Part shown: piece after piece, positions 36,310 to 47,528 of the stretch
Numbering within the stretch: the first letter of the stretch is position 1
Layout of the letters: each line of letters opens with the position of its first letter
DNA from: Trypanosoma brucei
Lineage: Eukaryota
Assembly: GCA_000002445.1 (NCBI GenBank)
Contig: CP000069.1
Location: forward strand, 1,408,001 to 1,472,000
Reading direction: 5' to 3'
Length of the DNA stretch: 64,000 bases
Notes under the pieces: model-generated
The model's database searches: none
The model's input: the letters and a program-made list of their open reading frames with translations, nothing else
What the model was told of the DNA's origin: nothing
Translations under genes and position numbers: made by a program

Positions 36310-37879
36310 TTAAAACAGCAAGGCCATAAAAGCAGCAGCCATACTCAGAGCCAATTGTTTTCCGCCTATAAAACATTCGTCTAGACATTCGTGTTTGGGT
36401 AGTTTCCCTCTTCTATCGACATAATCAATCCATCCACAAACTGCATTTTTGCCTTCTGGTTTCTTACCCTCAACCTTTTTGCATTCCTCTTCCGTTGTCG
36501 CATCGGAGCATTTTATAAGTTTTTTCTCTCCTCCCTCTCCTTGTGGTGGCTTGTAATTTGGATCCTTTACGCACTTTTTATTTGGTCCGTCACTGTCCCA
36601 TTTACAACCATATTTGCAGTTATCTTCTGTTCCTTTCTTTTCGCACGTTACATCTGTTTCGGAAGTTGACTTCTCTGATGCGGAATGGCTTGTTAGACAT
36701 TTCTTGTCCTGTGTCGCTTTAGAAATGGTTTCCTGAATCAAAAGTGCTACGACTTCACTTAACCTGTTAGTCGGTATCTTCTGCATTGTACTGGCCGTCA
36801 GCTTGAGCTCCGATGGAAACACCAGTTCTTCTTCTAACATGTCCTTGATGAATTTGCTTTTGAACTTAGTGGCGCTGTCGCTAAAAAATCTGTTTGGCGG
36901 CCGCCTTGAGTTCATTAGTTGCTGAGACCTGTTCGGGTTTGGCTTTGACGTCGTTTATGGCGAAGTTGATCTCTGCCAGAAATACGTCTCCTGTTAATTC
37001 TTGATAGATACTTGCATAAACGTCGTCATCTGTTATCTCTGGTGTCGTCTTGTACGCATTAGCGGCTTCAATTGCTTCGAGGTATGCCGGTGTCTGAGCT
37101 GAGCTTGCGCTGGTCGGTTCTAGGTCGTCTATCCGGTGGATTTCTGGGCTTGTTGCGCCTGTTGTCAGCAGCCCGGCCATTAGAGTTATGTGTGATGCTG
37201 TGCTGCCAGTGAACATGCCCGTGGCGCTCGGGTGGTCCTCGAAAAACAGGCATTTGTCGAAGCTGGCTTCTGTCGATGCTGCGTTCCCTTCTGGGATTCC
37301 GCTTTTGAAGCTTTGTTCGGAGAATTCCTCTAGCCCTTCTAGCTTTACCGCGTCGGGTATTGCTAGGCTGTCGCATCCCTGTAGGTCCTGGCTACGTCTG
37401 ACCGCTGTTTTTCGGGTCGCTGCATTTGTTAGACATGCGCCGTTGGTTCCGACGTTGGACGCTTTGAGCTGCTCAAGAAGTGTGGTTGCTTCTATAATGC
37501 TGCCAGCCACGATATTTGCTTTTGCTGCTAGGTATATTCCTCCTTTGGCTTTCGTTATTGCTGCCGAGTAGATTTTGTTTATTGCTTTGGCCGCTGCCGC
37601 TGCTCCTATTGCTGCCATTTTAGCCCGCTGCTTGTGCGTTGCTGTAAGTGAATAGATGATTAATTGGTGTTGTAGTTTGATGGCATTGTCCACTATGGGC
37701 TCCGCTGCTTGCAAAGCTGTCGCTGCCGCCGCTGCAGTCTGGCGCATGTCGCCCGCTTTTTTACAGAGCCCTGCTATCTTTGAGCCGTCGAGGGGATTCT
37801 TCGCTGCCGCTGCTGCGTCGGCTATTTGCGTGCGACAGGCCGGTATAAACATCACTATTGGAAATGCTCGTGCTTTCAT
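36310..37879 (-). pseudogene. VSG: VSG pseudogene (type-B-like N-terminal domain 36881..37879 plus C-terminal domain and GPI signal 36310..36915, joined only by a frameshift)
   Basis: The two minus-strand ORFs overlap at 36881-36915. The C-terminal domain CEKKGTEDNCKYGCKWDSDGPNKKCV..ECKKVEGKKPEGKNAVCGW ends in the GPI signal ..SMAAAFMALLF. Confidence 0.85.
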
Positions 37880-38774
37880 TGCTCATCTGGTATGTGCTTA
37901 TCGTTCTGTTATTATCTGACACTCAGGATCGTGCTGTTGTTGTTAGAACATATTCGAGGCGCTGAATTTGCCGGGTTTGGAGCTGAAGTCTGTAGTTTTA
38001 CAGATATTAGTGATTGTCCTTGTGAATAAATTCAACATTTTTGTTATGCGCTATCATCACACTTTGCCACCATTGTAGGGGTCGCATCGTCTTCCATGGT
38101 TTCGGGGGGTTTAGTGCATTAGTTCTTGACCCACCGCTATACAGAACTGTATGAGTTTTGATACTATACATCTAACCCATCTTTGTTGATCACCTATTAA
38201 TTTTGTTTTTCTATCATTGGTATTCTAGCGCTAAAGGAGCAGCCTCTCCTAAACACTCCATTAAAAAATAAAAGTTTCATAGGTTATTGCCGTCCCTCCG
38301 TTGTGACCAGCATATTGAAAACGATATTCGCCAACAAGCTCTCTGTAGTAGTGCTTGGCCATCCATGTGTGAATTCCACAGCACAATCACATACTCTTTT
38401 ATTATGAGCCGTGATGTTTCTGATTTCGTTGTGTTCTTCTATATTTTTCCTTTTTTTTATCGTGTTTTTCTTCCCCGCAAAACATTGCGACTCCATTGAT
38501 ATTGTAAAGTGGAGTCTTTCTTTCATTGCCTTTCCATCATATCCTTTATGTATTATAGCTCCATAGTCGTTTTTGTGTTTGAAACTTAGTGTATGACGCC
38601 TTCCTCCATCTGTACTTTCCTGCTGTTGCCTTAATAATATCCCTCGCGCGCCCTCAAAATCTTTTGCATACTCGCCATTTCACCATCTCACTCCCTCACT
38701 TACTCCTATTACAATCTCACGATATTAAAATTTTTTCCATTTTGCTTGTTCATTCGTTCCCTCCACCATAGTTC

Positions 38775-38850
38775 TAATTATATTCGTCTATACAAACACT
38801 CACAACACTCTCCTATAATAATAATAATTATTATTATTGCAATTACAACC
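38775..38850 (-). repeat. 70-bp repeat (single unit) upstream of VSG 36310-37879
   Basis: Plus strand ..acactcacaacactctcctataataataataattattattattgc. The minus strand reads ATAGGAGAGTGTTGTGAGTGT plus a TAA/TTA triplet tract. Confidence 0.8.
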
Positions 38851-39539
38851 CTAACTTTATATCTACAAAAAAATGGGAAATAAAATAAATTAATATATTA
38901 CTCATTTTAATATACAATCACCCTACTGCTGTACACACATGCCTCTGTCATACCAAAGTTTTACAAGTAAAATTTTTTAAAATTTTCAATGAATTGCACA
39001 ATTTGCAAAGGGTTGACAAAACGTGTTAAAATATATTATATTTAAAAAACGTTTTAAAAAATTCTCTCAAAATAGCAATTTTTATAAATTTTTATAAGTC
39101 TCATAAAATTGAGAAAAAGCTTTTACAAATTATTCGTAAAACTGTTATGCTAGAAGAAAAACTGCAAGCAAAAAAGAGACCTTAAGTAGAACAGAATTTA
39201 CTCCTGTTGTGTTTGTAGGATTTCTATCATTTCCACCTGTTTGCGCTTCTTTTTCTACTTCCTTCTTGATTTCCTCAGTCAATGTGCACATTTTTCTCTA
39301 GACGGACTTTGGGTTAAAAACGTACCTCCGGAAGTCGAGCACCTTTGGCCGGGATGTGCCAGCGTCAGATCGCGCCGCCGAGGTTTAATTGATAATTTTG
39401 ACTATCAGCTGTTCCCCAATATGAGTATTTTTTAATTTATTTTCCCTTTAAAAGCAAATCGTTTTGCGCAGCGAAACTGCCACGCGCCAGCGTTAAAAAA
39501 ATTTAAAGGCTGCGTGCAGCACAAAACGCAGAACTGAAA

Positions 39540-39800
39540 TTCACAAAAGCAAAATGATAATAGGCTTAACGATATGAAGCTGAAAATGAAAGGAAAAAAT
39601 GAAGCGCGGATATCTCCAGTGGAAATAAGTGCCAGCCTTGTGCTTAAAAAGAAAAAAAAGAGCCGCTGCATCATTAAAAGAATAAAAATTAAAAATAATT
39701 TGGAGCAATCCAGGACGGAGGTGTGGGATTAAAAAAAATTAGCAGTAAGAGGAAAATTAACACGATAACCCTAACCCTAACCTAACTACCCCACCCACCT
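39540..39800 (-). repeat. A-rich island with telomere-like hexamers (cgataaccctaaccctaacctaac at about 39766-39790) 3' of VSG 40010-41695
   Basis: Includes aaagagccgctgcatcattaaaagaataaaaattaaaaata, homologous to the 35998 and 47240 modules. Confidence 0.75.
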
Positions 39801-39931
39801 GCACAAAAAAATTCAAAAAAAAAATTCAACGGGAAAAGAAAAAAAATTTAGTTGCCAGAGAAACACAGAATATTTTTTGCAGAGTCACAAACTTACGAAA
39901 CACAGTTCAATTTTTTCGACTGAATTTTTAG

Positions 39932-39947
39932 GTGTTAAAATATATCA
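39932..39947 (-). promoter_or_regulatory. VSG 3'UTR 16-mer, exact (minus strand TGATATATTTTAACAC)
   Basis: Plus strand gtgttaaaatatatca. Confidence 0.8.
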
Positions 39948-40009
39948 AAAGTTTTCAAGTAGCAAGAATTTTTTAGCAAAAATTTTTAAGAAAAATAGGG
40001 GTAAAAATT

Positions 40010-41695
40010 TTAAAACAGCAAGGCCGCAAATGCAGAAGAAACCACTAGGGCGAATTGTTTGTTTACTAGAATAGAGGAATCTTTGCACTCTTTTCCATCC
40101 CACTTACAATTCGGAGATTTGCATTCTTTCTCTGGTCTCCCTTTGCATTTCTCTGTTGTTGTTTCAGTTTCTACTCCCGTTTGAGTTTGTGGCAAAGAAA
40201 CTTCAGTTTTTTGTAGCTTTTGTTGCATTATATTTGCACTTTTTCTCTTCTGTGCTCTCTTTTTGAAAAGTACAGAAATCCTTGGAATCGCAGTTTGTAT
40301 CTGTTTCTATTGCTTCACACTCCTTTGCTTTTTCAGACGGCGTTGTAGTTTGCTGTTGGTTTGATCCATTGGTTTGCGCTGCGAAGGCTTTTGGTGCCCG
40401 TAGCAATGCTGTTGCCGTGGCGTTTAACAAGCTTATTTCTGCTTCTAGTGCGGCCAGCTTGATTTGTGTGTGGCGCTTGTCGTACACTTTTGCGGCATTT
40501 CGCAGATTTACTTGCCATTCAATTGGCGGCGTGCCGCCGATGATACTGCCATCGTTGTACTTTACGCAGCGCCCCGTGTGGCTGCCGCTTACGCCTTCGC
40601 CTGTACAGCCGCCGCTGCCGTTGCCTGTTGGTGTTTACGGCTTTGTATAAAATCACTAATCGGCTATTTAGAACAGCAGAACTTTTTTCGCCCGTTTTCA
40701 AGGCCGGTGGGCATTTGTTTGCTATGGCCAGGGCTTTTTCTCTGCCGGCCGTCGTCACATCCCAGTTGCCGTTGTTTGGGGGGGGGGGGGCTCTCATCAC
40801 ACCCTTTGCTGCATGTTTTGCCTCCGGTTGCTTCACTAGTGTGTCCGCAGCAGATGCAGAGCAAATCTGACAGGAGCGCCTTGCCGGCTTCCGTCCCTGG
40901 TGTTGCAGCACCCGTGCCGCACACCGCTTGTCTCGTTCCGGTAAATGTTAGTGTTGCTGCTTTCCCGGCAGAACCGTAAAGCGTTTTGTTTAGGTGGCCG
41001 TTTATTGCGGCTTTGTCGGTTCCTTTTGTCGTAGTCGCTGCAGCCTCTGATATAGTCAGTCCCTTATCGGCTATGAATGCCAATTGTCTTATGGCATCGC
41101 TGTTCGATTTTAGGACGCTAAACTGTTTTATCTTGTCTTTCAGGTTTTGAGGTGCGTCTTCCTGCACCGACTTAGTCCACGCCGTCCAGTGGTTTTCGTA
41201 AGGGGCGGCTTGTTCCTTGAAAGGGCTTTGCAATGCGCCCCATGCCTCTTCCTTTTTAGCTTTTGCAAGCGCCTGTATCGGTTCTGGAGCTAGAGAAAGG
41301 TTTATCGCCATTAGCTCTTCTGCAATGGTTTGAATGGTTGTTGCTGCTTGTACTTCCGGCGTATCTTCTCTTGCGAATTCGATGAGACCGCATAGAGCTA
41401 TGAAATCACCGCCGTTTTGTCCTTCCTTGACTGTCCCCTTTACGTTTTTGGCAAGTGTCGCAACTTCTAGCGTAATGACAGTCCAAAGTATGTTTTGGCG
41501 CATTTCCCCTGCAAGAACTCGGGCGGTCGGCAACTCCAGACATATTTTAGAAAAGAAAGTGGTGAAAATAGTGTGGTAATGTTTATATAAGCTCGAAAAC
41601 TTACCAACTATTGCAGTTCCTGGTGGTATAGCGACAACACTGTGGACCTTTGCGATTATTTGTCGCATCGGTTGCAGCGTTTCAACAATCCTCAT
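40010..41695 (-). pseudogene. VSG: VSG pseudogene (N-terminal domain 40664..41695, C-terminal pieces 40203..40487 and 40010..40228, multiple frames; G13 homopolymer at 40778-40790)
   Basis: C-terminal domain [48 protein letters not shown]. The N-terminal domain has a LLCICCGHT-like motif. At least two frame changes. No signal peptide on the longest frame. Confidence 0.8.
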
Positions 41696-42854
41696 ACATA
41701 ATATTTGAAATATATGAAAAAATCATTTGGTTTCACCGCCAAATGAATGGGCCACTTTGAGAAAGTATTTAAATTTTTTCTTTACATATGAAACGATACA
41801 CTTCAATGTTTCTACGTATTTTTTTATTTCATGGCTGTGCATCGCTTCATTCTGTCTCCAAAAATAATCAGGTGAGGCTTTTGTCTGTCTCGGAAGTGGT
41901 GGATGCTTCGATTTTTTCCGCATTCCTTGTTGACTGCGTTTGCTTGGCGTTTAACACTACGTAAATTGGAGCCTGAAATTATATTTACGCTGATATTTTC
42001 TTATGAATCGGCACTGTCACTTTGAGGTTAGCAAACACGTTCATATGGTTTACTCTCCCCTTGAAATAATTTACTTTCTGACTCTTATACTAATACGAAA
42101 TTTGAGTATTAGCGTTGATCCTCTTCACTTTATATATATCTTATTACTTTTCATGTACGTTATATGTGAAGCAGTTTTCACGTGCCCATTTTTCTTTCTT
42201 TGCCCACGGAAATCCGTTAGTAGTCCTACTTTTCAAAATCTTCCTCCCGATAATATTATATTTTCCCCACAAATGTTAGCTATTTTAAATACATCTGATG
42301 AAAAGGAGTTTAAAACATTACCTCACACTTACTGACTCCCCTTCTCACTCATGCTCCTGCAGATGTTACCTCAAAGTTGCATAGTAGGATCCGCCATCAC
42401 ATTAAAAAGCACAGTCACCACTATCTCTGCAATAGCATTAATCCATTTGCGAGCCAAATACACAGCATCAGCATTAGCTTATTCTCTTATATGTAACATT
42501 GTCTTCTGTTCTTTCGCTTGCTTTACTTAATTCTGCGCTTTGATCTTTTCCTTTTCGTCTTTTGTTGCTGGTTTGGGGAATGATGAAGCAATGGCATCGC
42601 CGTTCTCTACTTTATCGCGGCTGGCCCCTGTCTTTTTCTTTTATCCCAGTGTTTAGAGTGACGGCCGGCACTATTTTAGTGCTTCAAACTCCGCATATTC
42701 AAGTCGTCTTTGTCTCCCTTTCTCATTCTGTGCATCCTTTAATAATAATATTTTTCACTACCCATCACTTAATTCCGTTTCACTAAGTTATTCCTATTTC
42801 ACTCCTGCAATTTTAAAGTTTATCTCTTTTCGCTTTTCAGTCACTACTCACCAC

Positions 42855-42940
42855 TATTATAATATCCGTATATACACACTCACATAACACTCTCCTATTA
42901 TTACAATTATCATCATTACTATTATTATCATTATTCTAAC
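42855..42940 (-). repeat. 70-bp repeat upstream of VSG 40010-41695
   Basis: ..tatacacactcacataacactctcctattattacaattatcatcattactattattatcattattc. Confidence 0.8.
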
Positions 42941-43184
42941 TAATATCTATTAAAATAAGCTAAATAAAAAATTAAAAACAATGCACAACAGCACCTTTTT
43001 CATACCAGATAACCCTACTGCTGTTCTCCCATAGGCCATTATCACACTCATTTTATAAATATTAAAAATTTTTCAATTTCTCATCAAAAGAGTTTAAAAT
43101 ATATCAAATGATATTAAATTTACCAAATTCTCTATCAAAATAGCAAATTTATAAATTTGAGAAAAAATCTTTTTCGAAACTTAA

Positions 43185-44651
43185 TTATAGAAGCAAAAAT
43201 GCAAGGAAAGTAGGGACTTTGCTAATGACAAAAGAATTGTTTCCTGTGGTATTTGTAGTTTTTCCATCATTTTCCATATTCACCCCCTCTTTAAGTTTGC
43301 ATTTTCCGTCTTTGTGTTCGCAGTCTGTGTCTGCAATGTATTTGCTTTTTTCTGTGTCTTCCTTGCATTTTTCTTTTTTAGTATCTGAAACTTCCTTTTG
43401 GGCTGTTATCGCTGATTTTTTCCGCTGTCGTCTGCTGTAGGAAAAAGCGAGTGTGGTAGCGAATTTTCCAGGCTTGTTTGTGTCTTTGATCGTTGTTTTT
43501 ACAGGGTTGTTATCATTGTCGTAAGTGATTTCCTCAGTTGCCAAGGGATCTACCAGGTCTGCGGTTAGAGTTGACTCTCCTGCCGGAAGTAGAGCCTTAA
43601 CTGCTTCGGTTTGGCTGGTGGCTTCTTCTTTTGTGTTGACTTTTCCTGTTGCCAGAAGCTGTGCGAGTGCCCTCAGGTTACCTTCGTTGGCTAGTGTCGT
43701 CTTGCTTTTCAGCAACGGCCGCTCGTATAATTTGATGTCTGCGCCACGGTGCCTGCAGATGGCATTTGCGACTTTCTTTTGTGTCGTTAAGTGAGATTTG
43801 CTGTCTGTGTCGGCGTCTACGCACCCCGATCCTGCTCCCTGTCCTTTGAATAGTGATTGCTTTGCTGGGTCCTCGTCCTCTCCCTTTTTCCTCGTAATTG
43901 ATTTAACGCCGAGTGCAACTGTTAGGCTCCTCAGGCTCGCGCCGCTGTCGCCGCTGGTTGCGCAGGCGCCTTTTTTGTACGAGCGGTGCGGCCCGCCGGT
44001 GCCTGCGTTACCTTGAGCTGCTACAATTAGTTCGTACTCTGGAGTTAAGAAGCGCTCATCTTTGAGTAGCTTGATGTTTTCAATTTCTTGGAGTTCTACA
44101 ACCGCTTTGTCTATGTGTGTGCCGCTGCCTGCTGCTTCGGTGCAGCTGTCGGTCGTTGACGGCCCTCGGGATGTCGGTATAGTGCAGTGCTCGCCTGTGC
44201 CGGCGGACAAAAACGTCTGCGTCGTCGTTGCTGGTGTTGCGACCTGCGTATCCACCGCGTCGCGTTCTGCATGGATTAGCGCTTTCGTTTGTGACACCCT
44301 TGCTTTCAGCGTCTTCACCAGCTCTGTTATTTGGGCTTCTCCGGCTGCTATTGCTGCCTCTTGCTTCAATTCGGCTTCTTTTGTTTCGGCAGAAAGTGCA
44401 ATGTACGCCGCTGCCTTCTGAGTGTCTTCTGTACACACTGCCGCGAGGGTCAGTAGGGAATAGTCGTTGCTTAGCGCTGTAGCCCTTGATCGTGCTGTTG
44501 ACAGTTTCCCTTTAAAGTTAGAGATGAGTTTCTCAAGGTACATTACTTCATGGTAGGGGGAAGTGACTGCTTCTATGGATGTCTCTGCTGCACCCCCAAA
44601 CATTGCCGGCAGCAACACAACTGTTTGCATTGCTAACAACACCGCCGTCAT
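43185..44651 (-). CDS. VSG: VSG, apparently intact (488 aa; signal peptide, type-A-like N-terminal domain, C-terminal domain, GPI signal)
   Basis: Single ORF MTAVLLAMQTVVLLPAMFGGAA... ...CKEDTEKSKYIADTDCEHKDGKCKLKEG.. ..GNNSFVISKVPTFLAFLLL. Degenerate 16-mer at 43090-43105 (agtttaaaatatatca). Confidence 0.85.
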   Translation of the reverse strand: MTAVLLAMQTVVLLPAMFGGAAETSIEAVTSPYHEVMYLEKLISNFKGKLSTARSRATALSNDYSLLTLAAVCTEDTQKAAAYIALSAETKEAELKQEAAIAAGEAQITELVKTLKARVSQTKALIHAERDAVDTQVATPATTTQTFLSAGTGEHCTIPTSRGPSTTDSCTEAAGSGTHIDKAVVELQEIENIKLLKDERFLTPEYELIVAAQGNAGTGGPHRSYKKGACATSGDSGASLRSLTVALGVKSITRKKGEDEDPAKQSLFKGQGAGSGCVDADTDSKSHLTTQKKVANAICRHRGADIKLYERPLLKSKTTLANEGNLRALAQLLATGKVNTKEEATSQTEAVKALLPAGESTLTADLVDPLATEEITYDNDNNPVKTTIKDTNKPGKFATTLAFSYSRRQRKKSAITAQKEVSDTKKEKCKEDTEKSKYIADTDCEHKDGKCKLKEGVNMENDGKTTNTTGNNSFVISKVPTFLAFLLL

Positions 44652-45904
44652 ACTCTGTTTCTATTTTGGCTTTGCTTGAGGTCATTGTGGGCAACGTGCT
44701 GCTTTGGAAAAATCAATTGCTTACTGCTTGCTGTACAGGTCGCACACCTGGGCACTACATTGTGATTATTATGTATTTCCATGCTTTTTGCTTGAAATGT
44801 ATTGGCCTTAGAGTTTAAATTCCAATTGTACACTCTTTTGCAATATTCGAACCCATTTTACATCCCCCTTATCAATCTTTAAATTTTTCAGCCGCGCAAC
44901 AGCCACACCAGCACTTTTTTCTACTGCATACGAAAAAACTTCTTTCTCTCTCTACATAAAAAAGTGTTAAATTTCATATGTTTTCACCTCAGGCTAGCAG
45001 TTTTCAATCTAGTAGCATAGCTATGACTTTGAACAACAAGATAGCGTTGCCCCTTCCCACGGACACGATTGTTTTTCTGCTTAAGGATTCGATGATCTTG
45101 CTTCTAGTTGAGCCGATTGCGTTTAACACTGAGTAATTTGTGGTCATGACGTGCTTTTTTCGCTGGTGTTGCTTTTTAAGTACGGTCCGTTAGTTTTTCA
45201 CAGGCGGCAACCCTTATGTTAACTACACATCCCTTGTAGGTCTTCGTGTCTATCCCGTACACCAATAGGTAACTTTAGGTGCATCATGAAAAACTTGTTC
45301 TATTTCAATTCGGTCCTCTGCAGCCATAAACACGCACCATTTTAAGTGATGTCCGCGTTTATATTCTTTTTTTTACTCGCCACACTAATCCACTAGCGCT
45401 CCTGGTTTAAAAATAACCCACTTGATAATATTATATTGTTTACTGTTATTATTAGCTCTTATTCCTATATCTGATGAGAGGAATACATCGACATTAACTC
45501 TCAATAACCTACCATTTACCCTTCTTCTTCCCAAATGGAGATTACAATTTGCCAACGATTAAACGTTAGACGCTATTATCATGTTTGCTCTTGCATTGAA
45601 TAATTTTTAAGTGAACTGTTCTGCACAATCTCTTCTTGTTAAAATTTCTGCGCATTACTGTGTTTTGCTTTCAACAATTATTTAGTTTTATAGGTGTTCT
45701 TCCGTGGGTTTTCAGCATGGCATACCGACTCAATTTGTCCTGTTCACTAAGCTATCTCTTTCGCCCTCGCTGTTTCCTATATCACCTTGTTGTGTACAAT
45801 GGTGCCCATCGGTGACTTTTTTAAAACTCCACGCCTGCATCTTTATCCTCTCTTTCTCTCTGTGTTTTCTATAATAATATTCCCCTTGGACCCATTCTTT
45901 CTCA

Positions 45905-46030
45905 CTAACAACACTCTCCTATTATTATTATTATTACTGCTCTTATTATAATATTAGTATATACACACTCATAACACTATCCTATCATTACTATCATTGT
46001 TATTAGTGCGATTAATATTATTATTATAAC
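45905..46030 (-). repeat. 70-bp repeats (about 2 units) upstream of VSG 43185-44651
   Basis: ..acaacactctcctattattattattattactgctcttattataatattagtatatacacactcataacactatcctatcattactatcattgttatt.. Confidence 0.85.
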
Positions 46031-46287
46031 TCTAACAAATATATATAAAATATGCAACATAACAAAATTGCGAAATTTTATAATAACACTAACTTTTGAT
46101 AATTTATTAACATTATATTTTACACTCATAGTCAACTAATCATCATAACTTTTTATATCTTTGAGAATATTCACTAATTTTACACTTATGTCTAAAAGTA
46201 TTAAAATATCTTACATTTCAGCAAATTCTTCAAAAATAGCAAATATCATAAATTTCATAGAGTAACAATCATCAAAATTCTGGAATG

Positions 46288-46700
46288 CTAAAATTGAAAC
46301 GTACTCACAAATAAGGCAGCAGCCATCAGAACCAATTTCTTATTTACAAGGAAACTGGATACGGAATTTTGGTTCAACTTTTCCCTGTCCATCAATGAAA
46401 TAAATCCATCCGAAAACAGATTTTTTTCCCTCCGTAGGCTTGCCTGGCGGCTTGGCACATTTCTCTGGATCAGCATACTGGCCACAATTAGGGTCTGCTG
46501 TCCCTGCAGCTCCACCTGTTCCTGCTGTGTTTGTCTGAGCTTCTCCATCATTGGGTTTGCAGTGGTTTCCTGTTGTAGCTGTGGTGCTATTCCATTTGAT
46601 GTTAGCTGCTGTGTACGTTGCGTTTGTTATGTAACGGTTGCTGTATGCAGGTGTCGCTGAAGCTTGCTGCCTAATTGGCCTCATGTGTTTCTGCTGAATA
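46288..46700 (-). pseudogene. VSG: VSG C-terminal-domain fragment with GPI signal, frameshifted
   Basis: ORF 46340..46684(-) has C-terminal-domain cysteines (..HCKPNDGEAQ..DPNCGQYADPEKCAKPPGKPTEGKKSVFGWIYF). ORF 46288..46551(-) ends ..KKLVLMAAALFVSTFQF. Confidence 0.7.
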
Positions 46701-46939
46701 TCGTTCGACTGCCCCTACCTTGCCTCAAAAGCACAGAGAGGCTGCAGTGAAACTACCACACGACGCTGTAAAAAACGTGTTATTATTATTTAATTAAAGA
46801 CGGCAAAAAACGAAAGTAAGTTTAAAAAAATATATACCTCAAAATACAGAGTTGACACTCACAAAAGCGAAAAAAGTAACAAATAAAGGTGACGTTAGGG
46901 GTAAAGAATATAGAGGCGAAGATGCCTGCTGCGTTAATA

Positions 46940-47480
46940 AAGGCTAGCGTTCGCATCAAAATATAGGCGCCGTATCACTAAAAAAAACTAAACTCGAGAC
47001 GATTCAATGCTAATATATATAAAATTATTAGTAGAGAGAAGAAAAAACCCTAACCCTAACCCGCTAACCCGAAACACCGCGAGGTGCGTTTTGAAGAAAA
47101 AAGGCGCCGTCAAAAAAAAAAACGAAAAACCAAGAAGACAAAAAAAAAGTCGCGGGCGGGGCGTAAAAAAAAGTCAAATTCAAAAAATCATAAAATTAAA
47201 AAAATAAAATCATGTAATACAAAAAAAAGTGTAAAAAAGAGCCGGTGAAAGACGCGCTAAAAAAAACGCGAATTCCAAAAATTAAAAAAAAGCAAAAAAT
47301 GAACGAAGAAAATTGAGGAAAAAACCTTGAAAAAAACACCTAAAAAAATCCTAACCCTAAAAAGTTCAAAAAAATTAAACGTAAAAAGGAAAAAATTTTT
47401 AGTTTCCAAAAAATATTTTTTAGAGAATCAGATTTTTTACAACCAACAAAAAATTCTCGGCTGAATTTAGGTGTTAAAAT
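46940..47480 (-). repeat. A-rich island with telomere-like hexamers (aaccctaaccctaacccgctaacccgaaac at about 47047-47075; tcctaaccctaaaaag at about 47348-47363) 3' of VSG 47529-48947
   Basis: Also carries aaaagagccggtgaaagacgcgctaaaaaaaacgcg, homologous to the other two islands. ORF 47007..47207(+) here is a lysine-rich artefact of the A-tract. Confidence 0.75.
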
Positions 47481-47486
47481 ATATCA
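47471..47486 (-). promoter_or_regulatory. VSG 3'UTR 16-mer, exact
   Basis: Plus strand gtgttaaaatatatca. Confidence 0.8.
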
Positions 47487-47528
47487 AATAGCAAAAATTT
47501 TAGCGAAGAAAAAAGTTGAGGGGGAGCT

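Noticed and set aside
47007-47207. Lysine-rich 66-aa ORF
   Set aside because: Read-through of the A-rich or telomere-like island; no start context or conservation.
36105-47363. A possible true telomere tract
   Set aside because: Only 2-3 hexamers per site, embedded in unique sequence and followed by more genes; these are relic or interstitial repeats, not a chromosome end.
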